From Chiloscyllium plagiosum (Eukaryota): a DNA stretch of 64,000 nucleotides. The notes beneath the pieces were generated by a model. It was not told the origin of the DNA and did not search any database. It was given only the letters and a program-made list of their open reading frames with translations. This document shows, piece after piece, positions 11,731 to 23,740 of the stretch. Location of the stretch: contig NC_057718.1 in the NCBI RefSeq assembly GCF_004010195.1, positions 85,698,283 to 85,762,282 of the forward strand. The letters are read 5' to 3'. Made by a program: the position numbers and the translations under genes. Within the stretch, counting starts at the first letter, position 1. Every line of letters begins with the position of its first letter.

Positions 11731-13771
11731 CCATTCAATGCAAGTACCTCTCCAAGTTACACACCAAACTGACATGGAACTCAGTGTTAGAGGGTCATAC
11801 CACTTCCAAATAGCACTGTGGGTCTATCCACACCACAATGATTGCAGTAATTCAAGAAAATGGTCCATCATCACCTTCTCCAGGCCAATTACAGAGGGGC
11901 AATGCCAGTCTAAACAGTGAGTCTCATGCCCTGGAATAAAGACAAAGTTAATTTGAAGAAAATGTCTTTATTCTACATGGGCAAAATCACTTCGCAGTAG
12001 ATAGGCCAAATTTTAAAAATCCCTCCAACAAGAACCACAGAGGGAAAAAAGCATCAAAACTCTCCTCAATTATTACTTTATCTAATTCATTTTCTTGGTT
12101 TGCCATTAATTTCAACATTCACTGTTAGGGGTATCCTTCATTTGAGGTTGATGAATGATATCTCGTGTGACATGGACATGACTAAGATGTTAGTAAATTA
12201 TTATACTGGTCAGTTACACCTCATAGATCCTTCCTACATTAATTAGATATGCTGGCGGCAGCTTGCCAATAGTTCACTCACCTTTTATGATTACATTGAC
12301 AAGCTGTTCCATTTGGAGTCCTCTGCTCCTTTCAGTGGTGACTAAATTGGAACGTAATCCAACACAAAACAATATGACACCTTGTTCAGTTTAACACTAA
12401 TGAATTTGTTAAAAAAAAGAAAGGTACAGAATTCTTTATTAAGGCAGTTCAGAAATGTTGATGATAACCACTCCATGGGAAGGGATTGGGTTCGACAAAC
12501 ATTTTTGCAGATTTAATGTAAATGTGGGGCTCTTTACGACCCACCTTATGTTTTTAAAAATTATATCTTATTGAATTATCACACTACAGTTTGGGGGTTG
12601 AGGTGCCTTTGGAGTTTACAAAGTGAGGGATTACGATTATTTTTCACTCAACTAGCTGTTAGGAGTGGGAATGCACTGCTAAAAATAGTGCAAGGAAATT
12701 CAATTCAAACATCAAAAGGAAATTTGGTATATTCATTCAAAAGAAAGATTTACATGGGTATAGGGTAAGAAAAGGGAATTCCTCAAATTGGACAACACTT
12801 CCATTGAGCCGGAATGAATGGCGTCCCTCTGTGACGTGTGTCTTCAGTGTCATGGAGACTATATCCATCCAGGTAAGTTTTTAAAAAGTTATTCATTTTT
12901 GCGATGTGGACGTCACTGGCTGGCCAGCATTTATTACCCATGGCTAGTTACCCTTGAGAAGGTGCCTTCTTGAACTGTTGCAGTCCAGTGGTTGAATATC
13001 AGTTGCTCATGCTCAATATTATACACTCTTGGTGGTGAGTCAAGGGATTATAATTGCAATCAAATTATACTGGTTCACTGGCTCACTGTAGATATCCAAA
13101 AAATAATTCAGCCTTGTATACAGACATCACCAACATATCAACAATTATTGCCCATCTCTGGATGCCCTAAGAAAGCTTGGTACGTGTGAATGGATTGAGG
13201 GGCCTTTACAAGGACCAGCTTGTCTGAGTGGGATTGGAGTTTCCTTTGATAACGAACACTAGTGAACAACTTGAGCTTTTAAAGCACTGTGTGGCAAGAC
13301 TTCACAGAATGGGAGTCTGTAAAGATTTCTCATCGCTTAAAAGCATCTCAGAGCAAACATTTAACTACACTTATCATTATCCCTTGTAAGATACTTCTTA
13401 CTTGGATTTACTTTGGAAATCAGGTACTGTGCTTTTTTTTTATTTGGCACAAAAACCAAAGTAACTAACAAATGGGCCATTTGCCTCAAAACAGTGATGA
13501 CTCATCAGAATGAGATGCAGCTCTAAGGAGCCATTATCTCAAAATATAATGTAAACCGAATCGATCTTCTCAAACCCTACAGCGTTAAATGTGCTTCTTC
13601 AGCTGATAGTAACGAGAATACCTACTCTCGTTTCATGGTTATCTGGAGATGTGTTTGATTTTCAATTTAATGTGTTCACAGCCTTTTTAACCTTATGGGA
13701 ATTGCAGTTCCTGAGTAACATGATGGCAAGATTTTGACAATGCAGTGATTTGCAGTCCCAATTTAAAGGAA

Positions 13772-14415
13772 AGGAATCTAAGTTTATGTGGCACCATTCA
13801 TAATCTTAGGATGGCCCAAGACACTTTGCAGACAGTGAAGTACTTCTTAAGCATTTAATTCAGGGAAAGTAACAGCCATTGTTTGCATGGAAATATCCCT
13901 ATTGTGTCAGTGATTGTGATGTGGTTGTTATTATTAAATATGGGCCAGGGCACAGGGGAATCATAGAATCACTACAGTGCAGATGTAGGCTATTCATCCC
14001 ATTGAGTGTGGGCACCAACTCTCCAGAAAGCATCCCACCCAAACCCACCTACCTCTGTAACCCTGTATCTCCCATGGCTACTCCATATTTCATGCACATC
14101 TTTGAACACTCAGAGGCAACCCGCACAGACACAGGGGGAATGTGCAAACTCCACACAGACTGTAGCCCAAGGGTGGAATCAAAACTGTAAGCCACCTTGC
14201 CACTCTACAAGAAAAGGGCTTTTTTTTTCCTTCATCAAATAGTGCCATGGTATTATTAATGTCCACCTGAGATTGCAAATGACGCCTTGGTTTTAGGTCT
14301 CATCTGTTGGGGCAGCTCGCCCTCAGTGTGTAATGTTGCCATGTCAACCTGGATTTTTGTTCTCAAATTTCTGAACTTGAACCCAGGAATGTCTGACTCA
14401 GAAGCAAAAACTTCA
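13772..14415 (-). mobile_element. Deu-domain SINE, near complete, with nested HE1
   Basis: Tail (ggaatctaagtttatgtggcacc...actttgcagacagtgaagtactt), Deu core (aaatagtgccatgg...gtccacctgag) and tRNA-like head (cttgaaccca...tctgactcag). Confidence 0.75.
13961..14204 (-). mobile_element. HE1-like V-SINE, degenerate
   Basis: acccgcacagacacagggggaatgtgcaaactccacacagac is the reverse-complemented V-domain. Confidence 0.8.
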
Positions 14416-14504
14416 CGAGTGTCCCAGAGGTATTTCTGTTATAGCCCTGTGAAGCAAACTCTTGTATCACTATTTTATGTATCATGATAAATCAGCTTTC
14501 TTCA

Positions 14505-14930
14505 ACAGAGCTATAGGGAGGGCCTGAAATAGGCTGGGGCATTTTCCAAGGAGCGTCAGAAGTTGAGGTGTCACTTAATGCAGGTTTATAAAATCATGAG
14601 GGGCATGGATAGGGTAAATAGCCAAGATCTTTTCCCTGAGCTGGGGGAGTCCAAAACTAGAGGGCATAGGTTTAGGGTGTGAGGGGAAAGATATGAAAGA
14701 GACCTAAAGGACAACCTTTTCAAGCAGACACTGGTGCGTTCATGGAACGAGCTGTGAGGGGAAGTGGTGGAGGTTGGAACTGTTGCAAATTTAAAAGGAT
14801 GGATACAAAAATAGGAATAGTTTAGAAGGATATGGGCCAAATGGGACTAGATTAATTTCGGATATCTGGTTGACATGGATGATTTGGACCGAAGGATCGG
14901 TTTCCATGCAGTACAGCTCTACGACTCTAT
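14505..14930 (+). mobile_element. CR1 3' fragment
   Basis: Encodes ...VYKIMRGMDRVN...RGHRFRV...WNEL, followed by the 3'UTR ending ctctacgactctat. Confidence 0.9.
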
Positions 14931-15590
14931 ATCAAACAAATATTGGGTTACAACAAGTCCAGTGGGAGGGCTGGCAACAGAGGATGTAGATTTAAGAGGC
15001 AACAGGAAAGTTATTGGGAAGAGATAAAGATGAGCTTAGTCTTGGATGGGTGAGGTAGCTGATTCAAAGAGGTCTGTTTTGTGCTATCAACCAAAACCAA
15101 CTTAAACATGGAGCGCTTTCTACTGTCATGGTGTCCCAAGCAGTTAAGGTTTTGCCAAATTCTCTCTGCATTGGATAATACGTTTGACTGTTTGGACCTT
15201 TCTTGAATAGAGGACATGGAGCTCATTGTGCCTCTTCGAAACAGCTCTAAAATTGTTGAAGCTTAAATGCCTCAATTCGATCACTCTAATTTTCTAGACT
15301 CAAGGAAGCACAGTCCAAATTACTAGAACCTGCCCTTTAAGTCCTGATATTATTTGAGTGAATTTGACTGTTTCTTACTATACATTTCAATCAAACCTAA
15401 GTTAATGCAGGATTAGTGATTTCTATGTTGAAAATGCTGAATATGTTATAATGATTCTTATGCAAAAGTAATCATTGCTAAATAAATAGCATGCAGATAC
15501 TGTGTTCAACTGGTGCAGGTACATATTGGAACCCTATTTAAATGAACTGAAATGATGCCATTTTGGTGTAAAAATGATCCTTGTCGTTTA

Positions 15591-15915
15591 CATACGAACA
15601 CAGGAACTAGGAGCAGGAGTAGGCCATCTGGCCCCTCGAGCCTGCTCCGCCATTCAATAAGATCGTGGCTGATCTTTTTGTGGAGTCAGCTCCATTTACC
15701 AACTTGCAAACCATAACTCTTAATTCCTTTACTGTTCAAAAATCTGTATATCCTTAAAAACATTCAAGGAAGTAACCGCAATTGCTTCATCGGGCGGGGA
15801 CTTCCACAGATTCACAATCCTTTAGGTAAAGAGGTTCCTCCTCAAGTCAGTCCTAAATCCTCTCCCCCTCATTTTGAGGCTACGCCCCCTAGTTCGAGTT
15901 TCACCTGCCAGTGGA
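15591..15915 (-). mobile_element. CR1 3' end (different subfamily), truncated by gap
   Basis: catacgaacacaggaactaggagcaggagtaggcc...cttccacagattcacaatcc...ctagttcgagtttcacc. Confidence 0.8.
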
Positions 15916-16415
15916 NNNNNNNNNNNNNNNNNNNNNNNNNNNNNNNNNNNNNNNNNNNNNNNNNNNNNNNNNNNNNNNNNNNNNNNNNNNNNNNNNNNNN
16001 NNNNNNNNNNNNNNNNNNNNNNNNNNNNNNNNNNNNNNNNNNNNNNNNNNNNNNNNNNNNNNNNNNNNNNNNNNNNNNNNNNNNNNNNNNNNNNNNNNNN
16101 NNNNNNNNNNNNNNNNNNNNNNNNNNNNNNNNNNNNNNNNNNNNNNNNNNNNNNNNNNNNNNNNNNNNNNNNNNNNNNNNNNNNNNNNNNNNNNNNNNNN
16201 NNNNNNNNNNNNNNNNNNNNNNNNNNNNNNNNNNNNNNNNNNNNNNNNNNNNNNNNNNNNNNNNNNNNNNNNNNNNNNNNNNNNNNNNNNNNNNNNNNNN
16301 NNNNNNNNNNNNNNNNNNNNNNNNNNNNNNNNNNNNNNNNNNNNNNNNNNNNNNNNNNNNNNNNNNNNNNNNNNNNNNNNNNNNNNNNNNNNNNNNNNNN
16401 NNNNNNNNNNNNNNN
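15916..16415. other. Assembly gap
   Basis: Run of N. Confidence 1.
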
Positions 16416-17084
16416 GGTTAATAATCTGAGACAAGGTAACCTAATAAAGATGGGCCAAATGACCTCCTCTTCTCCTTGTGATTATAAATGTTTAAAATTC
16501 TTTCCTTTGCTTTTACTCTTTGTTATCTCTCAATCTCAGTTCTCTTTCCTGTTTTCTCTTTGCCTCTTTTTCCTCCTGTTTCTCTGGTGTTTTTCTCCCT
16601 CTTTCCCTTGCTCTCTCTTATCCTTACTTATTCACTCAACTGTAATCACCAAGTGCCACCGGGGGATTTTTTTTCATTTGCACAGAGTCACTGCAATATG
16701 ACTTCCAGCATCACCGAACAGCTCGAACTGAATCAGTTAGAGAATGTAACCTGTCACAGACCCCCGGTGGAAAGCAATCTCTGAATCTTCATTGATTCAA
16801 ACCCACCTCAGCATGTAATAGTTGTCTGAGCTGATATTTTACAAAACAACGGGCTTATTTAGGGAAAGATACCGCATGGGATGTATCTTCATTTCATTTT
16901 AATTACTTACTTCATATATGATAGAATTAATTTCCATTTAGACCATATTACCTTACGTTACCTACTTCTCCATCAGTTTCAATTACACAGCAGAAATGCC
17001 CAATGAAATGCCTCCCTCAAGTCACTAGATAGAGTTGCCACATGGACCATACTCTACCAGTATTTAAAGGTAAGTTCGCATTTA

Positions 17085-17600
17085 AAGGGATGGAAGGTTG
17101 GCCCAATCAAGATTTTAAAATATTAAAAGGATCTTTGCAGTAAGATATGGAGGAGCTACTTTCTCTGGTTGGGAATACAAAACAAGGGGGCGTACCTTTA
17201 CAACCATATTGCTCAATAAAAGGCACATTTTGTCAAAGCTTTTTGTCTTGCACTCATCAGGACCATTTGCAAGAAACACCATTGTGAAGGGAAAACAACA
17301 TTTATACTATCTTGTCTAGAGGAGAGCAAAAAGAAAAATTTCAGCAAAATGTTTCTTTTTTCCAGCAATACTCAAGTTCTGTATTTAAAATTATAGCTAG
17401 ACTATTCAGGAACAACATCAGAAAACCATTCTTCACATAAAGCTAGTGGGAATAAAACTTGCTTCCCCAAATGACTGAAGTTGCTGGATCAATTGAAAAT
17501 TACAAGTCTGGGTTGGATCAAGTTGAGGTGCAGAACAAGCTCTGTTGAAGTGAACAAGTTTGACAAGCTGAATGGCCTATTCCTGATCATAATGTTCCCA
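17085..17600 (+). mobile_element. Degenerate CR1 3' fragment with Penelope-derived insert
   Basis: ttttaaaatattaaaagga...aaaacaaggggg...aaaattatagctagactattcagg...gctgaatggcctattcctg. Confidence 0.6.
17201..17383 (-). mobile_element. Short PLE-like insert (family C) with decayed hammerhead motif and partial inverted arm
   Basis: Reverse complement of 17232-17263 is gtc-CTGATGA-gtgcaagac-aaaa-agct-tt-gac. Segment 17345-17372 is a diverged inverted copy of 17207-17233. Confidence 0.6.
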
Positions 17601-17694
17601 TGATACTATGAAACATGACTCATTGTGCCAGTTTATCATAAATAGCTCTTTTATAAAGAGCTCTGTGCGTGCTTGAAATTGCCGAGTCCTGATC

Positions 17695-18990
17695 GTACAT
17701 ACAAATATTCAGATTGGGTTGTGTAAGCTGTTCAGTCCCTCCAGCCTGCTCTGTTGTTCAATATTCACCATTCACGGCTAATGTGCTTGTAACCACAAAT
17801 CCAATAATCTTTCATTCTCTTTCTTAACAAGACTTGATCTACCACCGCCTTAAAAATACTGAAGGATTCTGCTCATCCATTACATTTTCAGGAAAAGACT
17901 TCTAAAGACTCATAGTCCTCTGAAAAAAAAATCACCTCACTGTTTTAAATGGGCGACCCCTCATTTTTAAGCAGTGACCTCTTGTTCTGGATTCTCTCAT
18001 ATGGAAACATCTTCTTCATGTCTATCCTATCAAAATGCTTCAGAATTTTATATCTTCCAATCAGGTCATCTCATACTCTTCCAATCTCCAGCAGATACAA
18101 AGCTGGCCTGTCCAACTTTTAATCATAAGATAACCCACTTATTCCAGGTCTTAGTCTAACATACCTTTTCTGAACAGCCTCCAATACATTTATTTCCTTT
18201 CTTCAATAAGGTGGTCAATACTGTACACAGTACTCCAGATGTGATCTCACCAATATCCCATACTACAGAAGCATAACCTCCCTATTTCTGTATTTAATTC
18301 CCCTTGCGATAAATCATAACATTCTATTAGCTTACCTAATTACTTGCTGCATATAAACTTTTCTCAATTCATGAAGAAGGACACCTACATTTCATGGAGC
18401 TCTACTATCTCTTACCATTAAGATAACATGCTTCTTTTTCATTCTTCCTGCGATTATGGACCATCTTATATTTTCCATATCATTGCTTGACCTATCTATC
18501 TCTAACCTTCTTGTCTCTTCTTCATGACTTACTTTGCTTTCTATTTGTCAGCAAATTTGGCAAACATGTCATCAGTTCCTTCACCTTTTGCTTTTCATTG
18601 TTTTTAATGATCTATTTTTCCAATCAACATGCTACAGAGATGTAATGCACACCTCTGGAACAGATGGGACTTTAACCCAATTTCATGGGTAGGGAGATTA
18701 CCACTGTGCCACAAGAGAGCTCCCTGAGACCCTTCATCTAGGTACTTTCAAATCAACCAGTTTAGATATGTTATTAAATACATTTGGAACAAATAGGACA
18801 TGAACCTGGATCTGCTGGATCTGCTACCCCCAACGTTCCTTCATCTAACTGGTGTATATAAATTGAAAACAGTTGAGGTACTGGCACTGATTTCCTGTTT
18901 TTCATGTCTCATTGCATCTTGTCAACCTGAGAAACACACATTGAGACCAACTGTCTGCTTTAATTTTCCACAATAACCTTTGATGTGATC
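17695..18990 (-). mobile_element. Degenerate CR1 LINE 3' portion with small SINE-like inserts at ~18600-18830
   Basis: caatactgtacacagtactccagatgtgatctcacca (EYCVQYW), tgtcagcaaattt (KFAD) and a 3'UTR at 17695-17800. Confidence 0.75.
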
Positions 18991-19483
18991 AGCTTGAATG
19001 TGTAGGGAAAGTATTAGTCATTTTTATTTCCTTTCCTACACCAAGACTGGCAAGTATTAAAAATACTACACCTTTGTGTTGAGTTTTGTTGGTTAAATGC
19101 ATCAAGTGGAATAGAACAATGGAATTTAGTTACAGGCTAGCAGTTATCTACTGAATAATAGATTTTTAATTGAGTCAGATAACTTTTGTAAATATGACTA
19201 GCTATGCTGTGGCTCTTGCAAACCACTGAAATCACTTGGGAAAGGAAGATTGAGAAGCATGTTCGGATTAACACAAGACCATTTCAGCAAATCCCGTGAA
19301 CAGAGACACTAATTTGCTTTTCCAATTTTCCCACTGTCCATAACAACCATGTTTTGTCTGTTTGAGGAGGTATTTTATAAAGGTGTTAGAGGGATCAGTA
19401 CTGGGTCCACTTACGTCATTCACGTAAAAGATTTGGATGAGAATATAGGAGGCATGGTTAGTAAGCTTGGTGATGACACCATA

Positions 19484-20722
19484 GGGTGGCACGGCGGCTC
19501 AGTGGTTAGCATTGCTGCCTCACAGTGCCAGGAACTCGGTTCAATTCCAGTCTCAGGCTATCTGTGTGGAGTTTGCACATTCTCCCCGAGTCTACATTTT
19601 CCTCTGGCTGCTCCGGTTTCCTCCACAGTCCAAAGATGTGTAGGTTAGGGTGAATTGGCCATGCTAAATTACCCCTAGTGCCTAGGGATGTGCAGGTTAG
19701 GGTGAATTGACCATGCTAAATTGTCCCGTAGTGCCCAGGGATGTGTAGGTTAGGGTGAATTGGCCATGCTAAATTACCCCTAGTGCCTAGGGATGTGCAG
19801 GTTAGGGCGAATTGACCATGCTAAGTTGTCTTGTAGTGCCCTGGGACATGGAGGTTAGGTGGATTGGCCATGCTAAATTGTCCCGTAGTGTTCAGGGATG
19901 TGCAGGTTAGGGTGAATTGGCCACACTAAGTTGTCCCGTAGTGTTCAGGAATGTGCAGGTTAGGGTGAATTGGCCATGCTAAATTGTCCCGTAGTGTTCA
20001 GGGACATGTAGGTTAGGGTGAATTGGCCATGCTAAATTATCCCGTAGTGCCCAGGGATGTGCAGGTTAGGGTGAATTGGCCATGCTAAATTGTCCCGTAG
20101 TGTTCAGGGACATGCAGGTTAGGGTGACTTGACCATGCTAAATTGTCCCGTAGTGCCCAGGGATGTGCAGGTTAGGGTGAATTGGCCATGCTAAATTGTC
20201 CCATAGTGCCCAGGGATGTGCAGGTTAGGGTGAATTGGCCATGCTCAATTGTCCCGTAGTGCCCAGGGATGTGCAGGTTAGGGTGAATTGGCCATGCTAA
20301 GTTGTCCCGTAGTGCCCTGGGACATGCAGGTTAGGTAGATTGGCCATGCTAAATTGTCCCGTAGTGTTCAGGGATGTGCAGGTTATGGTGAATTGGCCAT
20401 GCTAAATTGTCCCATAGTGTTCAGGGACGTGCAGGTTAGGGTGAATTAGTCATGCTAAATTGTCCCGTAGTGCCCAGGGATGTGCAGATTAGGGTGAATT
20501 GGCCATGCTAAATTGTCCCATAGTGTTCAGGGTGTGTAGGTTCGGGTGAATTGGCCATGCTAAATTGCCTGTAGTATTCAGGGTGTGTAGGTTGGGTGCA
20601 TTAGTCAGCTGTAAATGTAGGATGATAGGTTCGGGGAAAGGGTCTGGATGGGTTACTTCTCAGAGGGTCTGTGTGGGCTTGTTGGGCTAAATAGCCTGTT
20701 TCAACACTGTAGGGATTCTATG
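19484..20722 (+). mobile_element. HE1 V-SINE with internal minisatellite expansion
   Basis: Head gggtggcacggcggctcagtggttagc, V-domain, tandem array, then tail ...cactgtagggattctatg. Confidence 0.93.
19636..20583 (+). repeat. Minisatellite, 18 units of 52-53 bp
   Basis: Unit consensus atgtgcaggttagggtgaattggccatgctaaattgtcccgtagtg(cc/tt)caggg, counted by eye. Confidence 0.95.
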
Positions 20723-20916
20723 AAAATTGGTGGTATAGTGGACAGTGAAGAAGGTTATTTAAGATTACAAAGGGATCTTGATCAATTGGGTCAACGGGCT
20801 GAGGAGTAGCAGATAGGGTAAATGCAAGGTTTTGCATTTTGGTACAACAAACAAGGACAGGACTTATACAGTTAATGTTAGGTCCTGTTGTAGAACAGAG
20901 ACTTAGGATTTCAGGG

Positions 20917-20993
20917 CAGTCGCCTGAGTCGGGAATTGAACCCGGGTCTCTGGCGCTGTGAGGCAGCAGTGCTAACCACTGTGCCACCGTGCC
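20917..20993 (-). mobile_element. Isolated HE1 tRNA-like head (77 bp) between 46-bp direct repeats
   Basis: Matches the head of the HE1 at 4795-4869. The flanks 20871-20916 and 20994-21039 are identical. Confidence 0.9.
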
Positions 20994-21140
20994 GTTAATG
21001 TTAGGTCCTGTTGTAGAACAGAGACTTAGGATTTCAGGGACATAATTCTTAGAGTGTTACAGGTAGACAGGGTGGTTAAGAAGGTGTTTAGCACACTTGC
21101 CTTCATTGCCCAGACCAGGATGTTCCAGGAATGAAGAGTT

Positions 21141-21637
21141 TTTTTTATTCATTCACGGGATGAGGGCATTGTTAACCATTCCTGGAATATCCTCGTAAAT
21201 CTCTTCTAAACCCTCTCTCCAGCCTAATAATATCCTTCCTATAATAGAGCAACCAGAACTGGACACAGTACTCCAGCAGCATCTTGTGCATCTTGTGCAA
21301 CCTCAACATGATATCACAACTCTAATACTCAAAGATGTGAGGGATGGACAATTGTTTAGAGGGCATTTAAGAGTCAACCACATTTCTGATGTGCCTGGAG
21401 TCACATGTAGGCCAGACCAGATAAGGACTGGAGTTTCCTTCCTTAAAGGACATTAGTGAACCAGATGGGTTTTTCCAACAATCAACAATGGATTCATGGT
21501 CATCATTAGATTCTAGATTCCAGATATTAATTGATTGCAAATTTCACCATCTGCCATGGGGCAATTTGAATCCAAGTCCCCAGAACATTATCTGCGTCTC
21601 TGGATTAACAGTCCAGCAGTAGGTCGTTGCATCCCCT
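21141..21637 (-). mobile_element. tRNA-derived SINE with L2/Crack-like LINE tail, containing an inverted CR1 piece (21176-21335)
   Basis: ttattcattcacgggatgagggc tail; ttccttccttaaaggacattagtgaaccagatggg core; tttgaatccaagtccccag B-box. TSD gagtt at 21136-21140 and 21638-21642. Confidence 0.85.
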
Positions 21638-21955
21638 GAGTTATAAGAAGAAGCTAGATAGCTAGGACTTTTTTTCACTGGACCATAGGAGATTTAGGGG
21701 TGACCTTATAGAACTTTATAAAATCATGAGGGGCATAGATAAGGTAAATAGCAAGGGTCTTTTCCCTAAAGTGGGGGAGTTCAAAAGTACAGGGCATATT
21801 TCTAAGGTGAGAGGATAAAGTTTTAAAAAGGATGTGGGAGCAACATTTGTACATAGAGAGTGGTTCATGTGTGGAATCAGCTATCAGAGAATGTGGTGGA
21901 TGCAGGTACAGTCGCAACATTTAAAAGATATTTAGATAAGTACACAAACAGGAAT

Positions 21956-22830
21956 GATTGGTGGTATAGAGGACAGTGAAGGTGGTTACCTCAGAGTACA
22001 ACAGCACCTTGATCAGATGGGCCAATGAGCTGACATGTGGCAGATGGAGTTTAAGTTACATAAATATGAGGTGCTGCATTTTGGTAAGACAGATCAGGAC
22101 CAGACTTGTACACTTAATGATAGAGTCCTGGGGAGTGTTGCTGAAAAAAGGGACCTTGGAGTGCAGGTTCACAGCTCCTTGAAAGTGGAGTTGCAGGTAG
22201 ATTGGATAGTGAAGAAGGTGTTTGGTGTGCTTGCCTTTATTGGTCAGACCATTGAGTAGAGGAGTTGGGAGGTGTTGTGGCTGTACATTACATTGGTTAG
22301 GCCACGTTTGACATACTGCATTAAATTCTGATCATCTTGTTATAGGAAAGATGCTGTTAAACTTGAAAAGCTTCAGAAAAGATTTACAAGGATGTTGTAA
22401 GGGTTGGAGGGTTTGAGCTATGAGGAGAGATTGAATACTCTGGGGCTAATTTCCGTGAAATGTTGGAGGCTTTGGGGTGATCTTGCAGAGGTTTATAACA
22501 TCATGAAGGGCATGGGTAGGGTGAATACTCAAGGTATTTTCCCTGGGGGTTAAGATGAGAGGGGAAAGGTTTAAAAGGGAGCTAAGGGGCAACTTTTTCA
22601 TGCAGGTGGTGGTACGTGTATGGAATGTGTTGCCTCCGGAAGTGGTGGAGATTGGTACAATTGCAACATTTAAAAAGGCATCTGGATAGGTACATGAATA
22701 GGAAGGGTTTGGAGGAATATGGATCAAATGCTGGCAAATGAGACTTGATTAATTTAGGATATCTAGCTGGCATGGATGAGTTGGATCAAAGGGTCTGTTT
22801 CCATGCTGTACATCTCTGTTTCTGTGACTG
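21956..22830 (+). mobile_element. 5'-truncated CR1
   Basis: ORF 22035..22259 reads WQMEF...EVLHFGK...DLGVQVHSSLKVELQVD. The 3'UTR ends ccatgctgtacatctctg. Confidence 0.92.
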
Positions 22831-23554
22831 GTATGAGGGGCTGAATGGCTTCACAGGATTCATATGAAAGGCTATAGTAATACATTTTATCAAAAAGGCT
22901 GAAATGAATAGGATTTGCATGGCCTTTTTTGAGACAGATCCCATATAAATGTAAAGAGCTGCAGGTAAATTCACATAATACTCTGACGTGATGCTGAATT
23001 GTCCCAAATAGAATTATTGCCTGCACCCACAAAGTCTTTGTTTCCCTCAAATTTGTTTGACCCTGCCTCCATTAGGGTACTTTCTATCATGACTCACGTG
23101 ATCATAAGTAGACCCCTGTTTATTATGATTCGCGTTGTGATTGATAACTTTTTAAAAAAAGAGAATTGAGATTTCTGTGACTATCTTATGAAACATCACA
23201 TTTGCATCAAGGCTAATTTTCCGCTTCCTTAATTCAGTGGACACTGAAGCCAAAATCTGTCATTGTCGAGATAGATCATGCAGCAAAGATAAAAGGCTAC
23301 TTAGTCTTAAATGCCTGTATCTGTTTGTTTAAAGAGTCATTCAATTATTCCTACTCCCTTGCAATTTCCCAATGGACCAAGTAAATGTTTCCTTTCAAGC
23401 ATCTAGTGCATCCAATTCCTATTTGAAGTTACTAGTGTTAATCTGTATCCATCTGCATTTTTTTCTCCACTTACTGCCCTCTTCTTCCTGATTTTTTTGC
23501 TTATGGAAACTATTTCCTTTCTTATTCTACCAAAGCTCCCATATTTGAACAGTC

Positions 23555-23740
23555 ATTTCTATTCGCTCGTGGGTTGTGGGTATCACTGGAAAGGTCAGAG
23601 GTAATTTAACAATCAATCAGATTGGAGGAAGTTGAGAACCACATGTTTGTCAGATCTGGTAAAGATGGCAGACTTCCCTATCTGAAGGACATTAGTTAAC
23701 GAGGCGTGGCTTTATGACAACCAATAAGTTTCATGGGTTT
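23555..23740 (-). mobile_element. Degenerate tRNA-SINE (same family as 21141-21637)
   Basis: tattcgctcgtgggttgtgggtatcactgg...ggtaaagatggcagacttccc...aaggacattagttaac. Confidence 0.6.

Larger units (their letters stand above)
19375..21955 (+). mobile_element. 5'-truncated CR1, interrupted and rearranged several times
   Basis: Pieces 19375-19480 (gggatcagtactgggtcc...gatgacacc), 20723-21140 and 21638-21955 are collinear with CR1 RT and its C-terminus. Confidence 0.85.

Noticed and set aside
15874..16701. Long ORFs across N runs (also 11043-11504, 55779-56076)
   Set aside because: Their length is an artefact of gaps translated as X.
19636..20583. CRISPR-like regular array
   Set aside because: The units are contiguous with no unique spacers, derive from an HE1 SINE, and lie in eukaryotic DNA with no cas genes.
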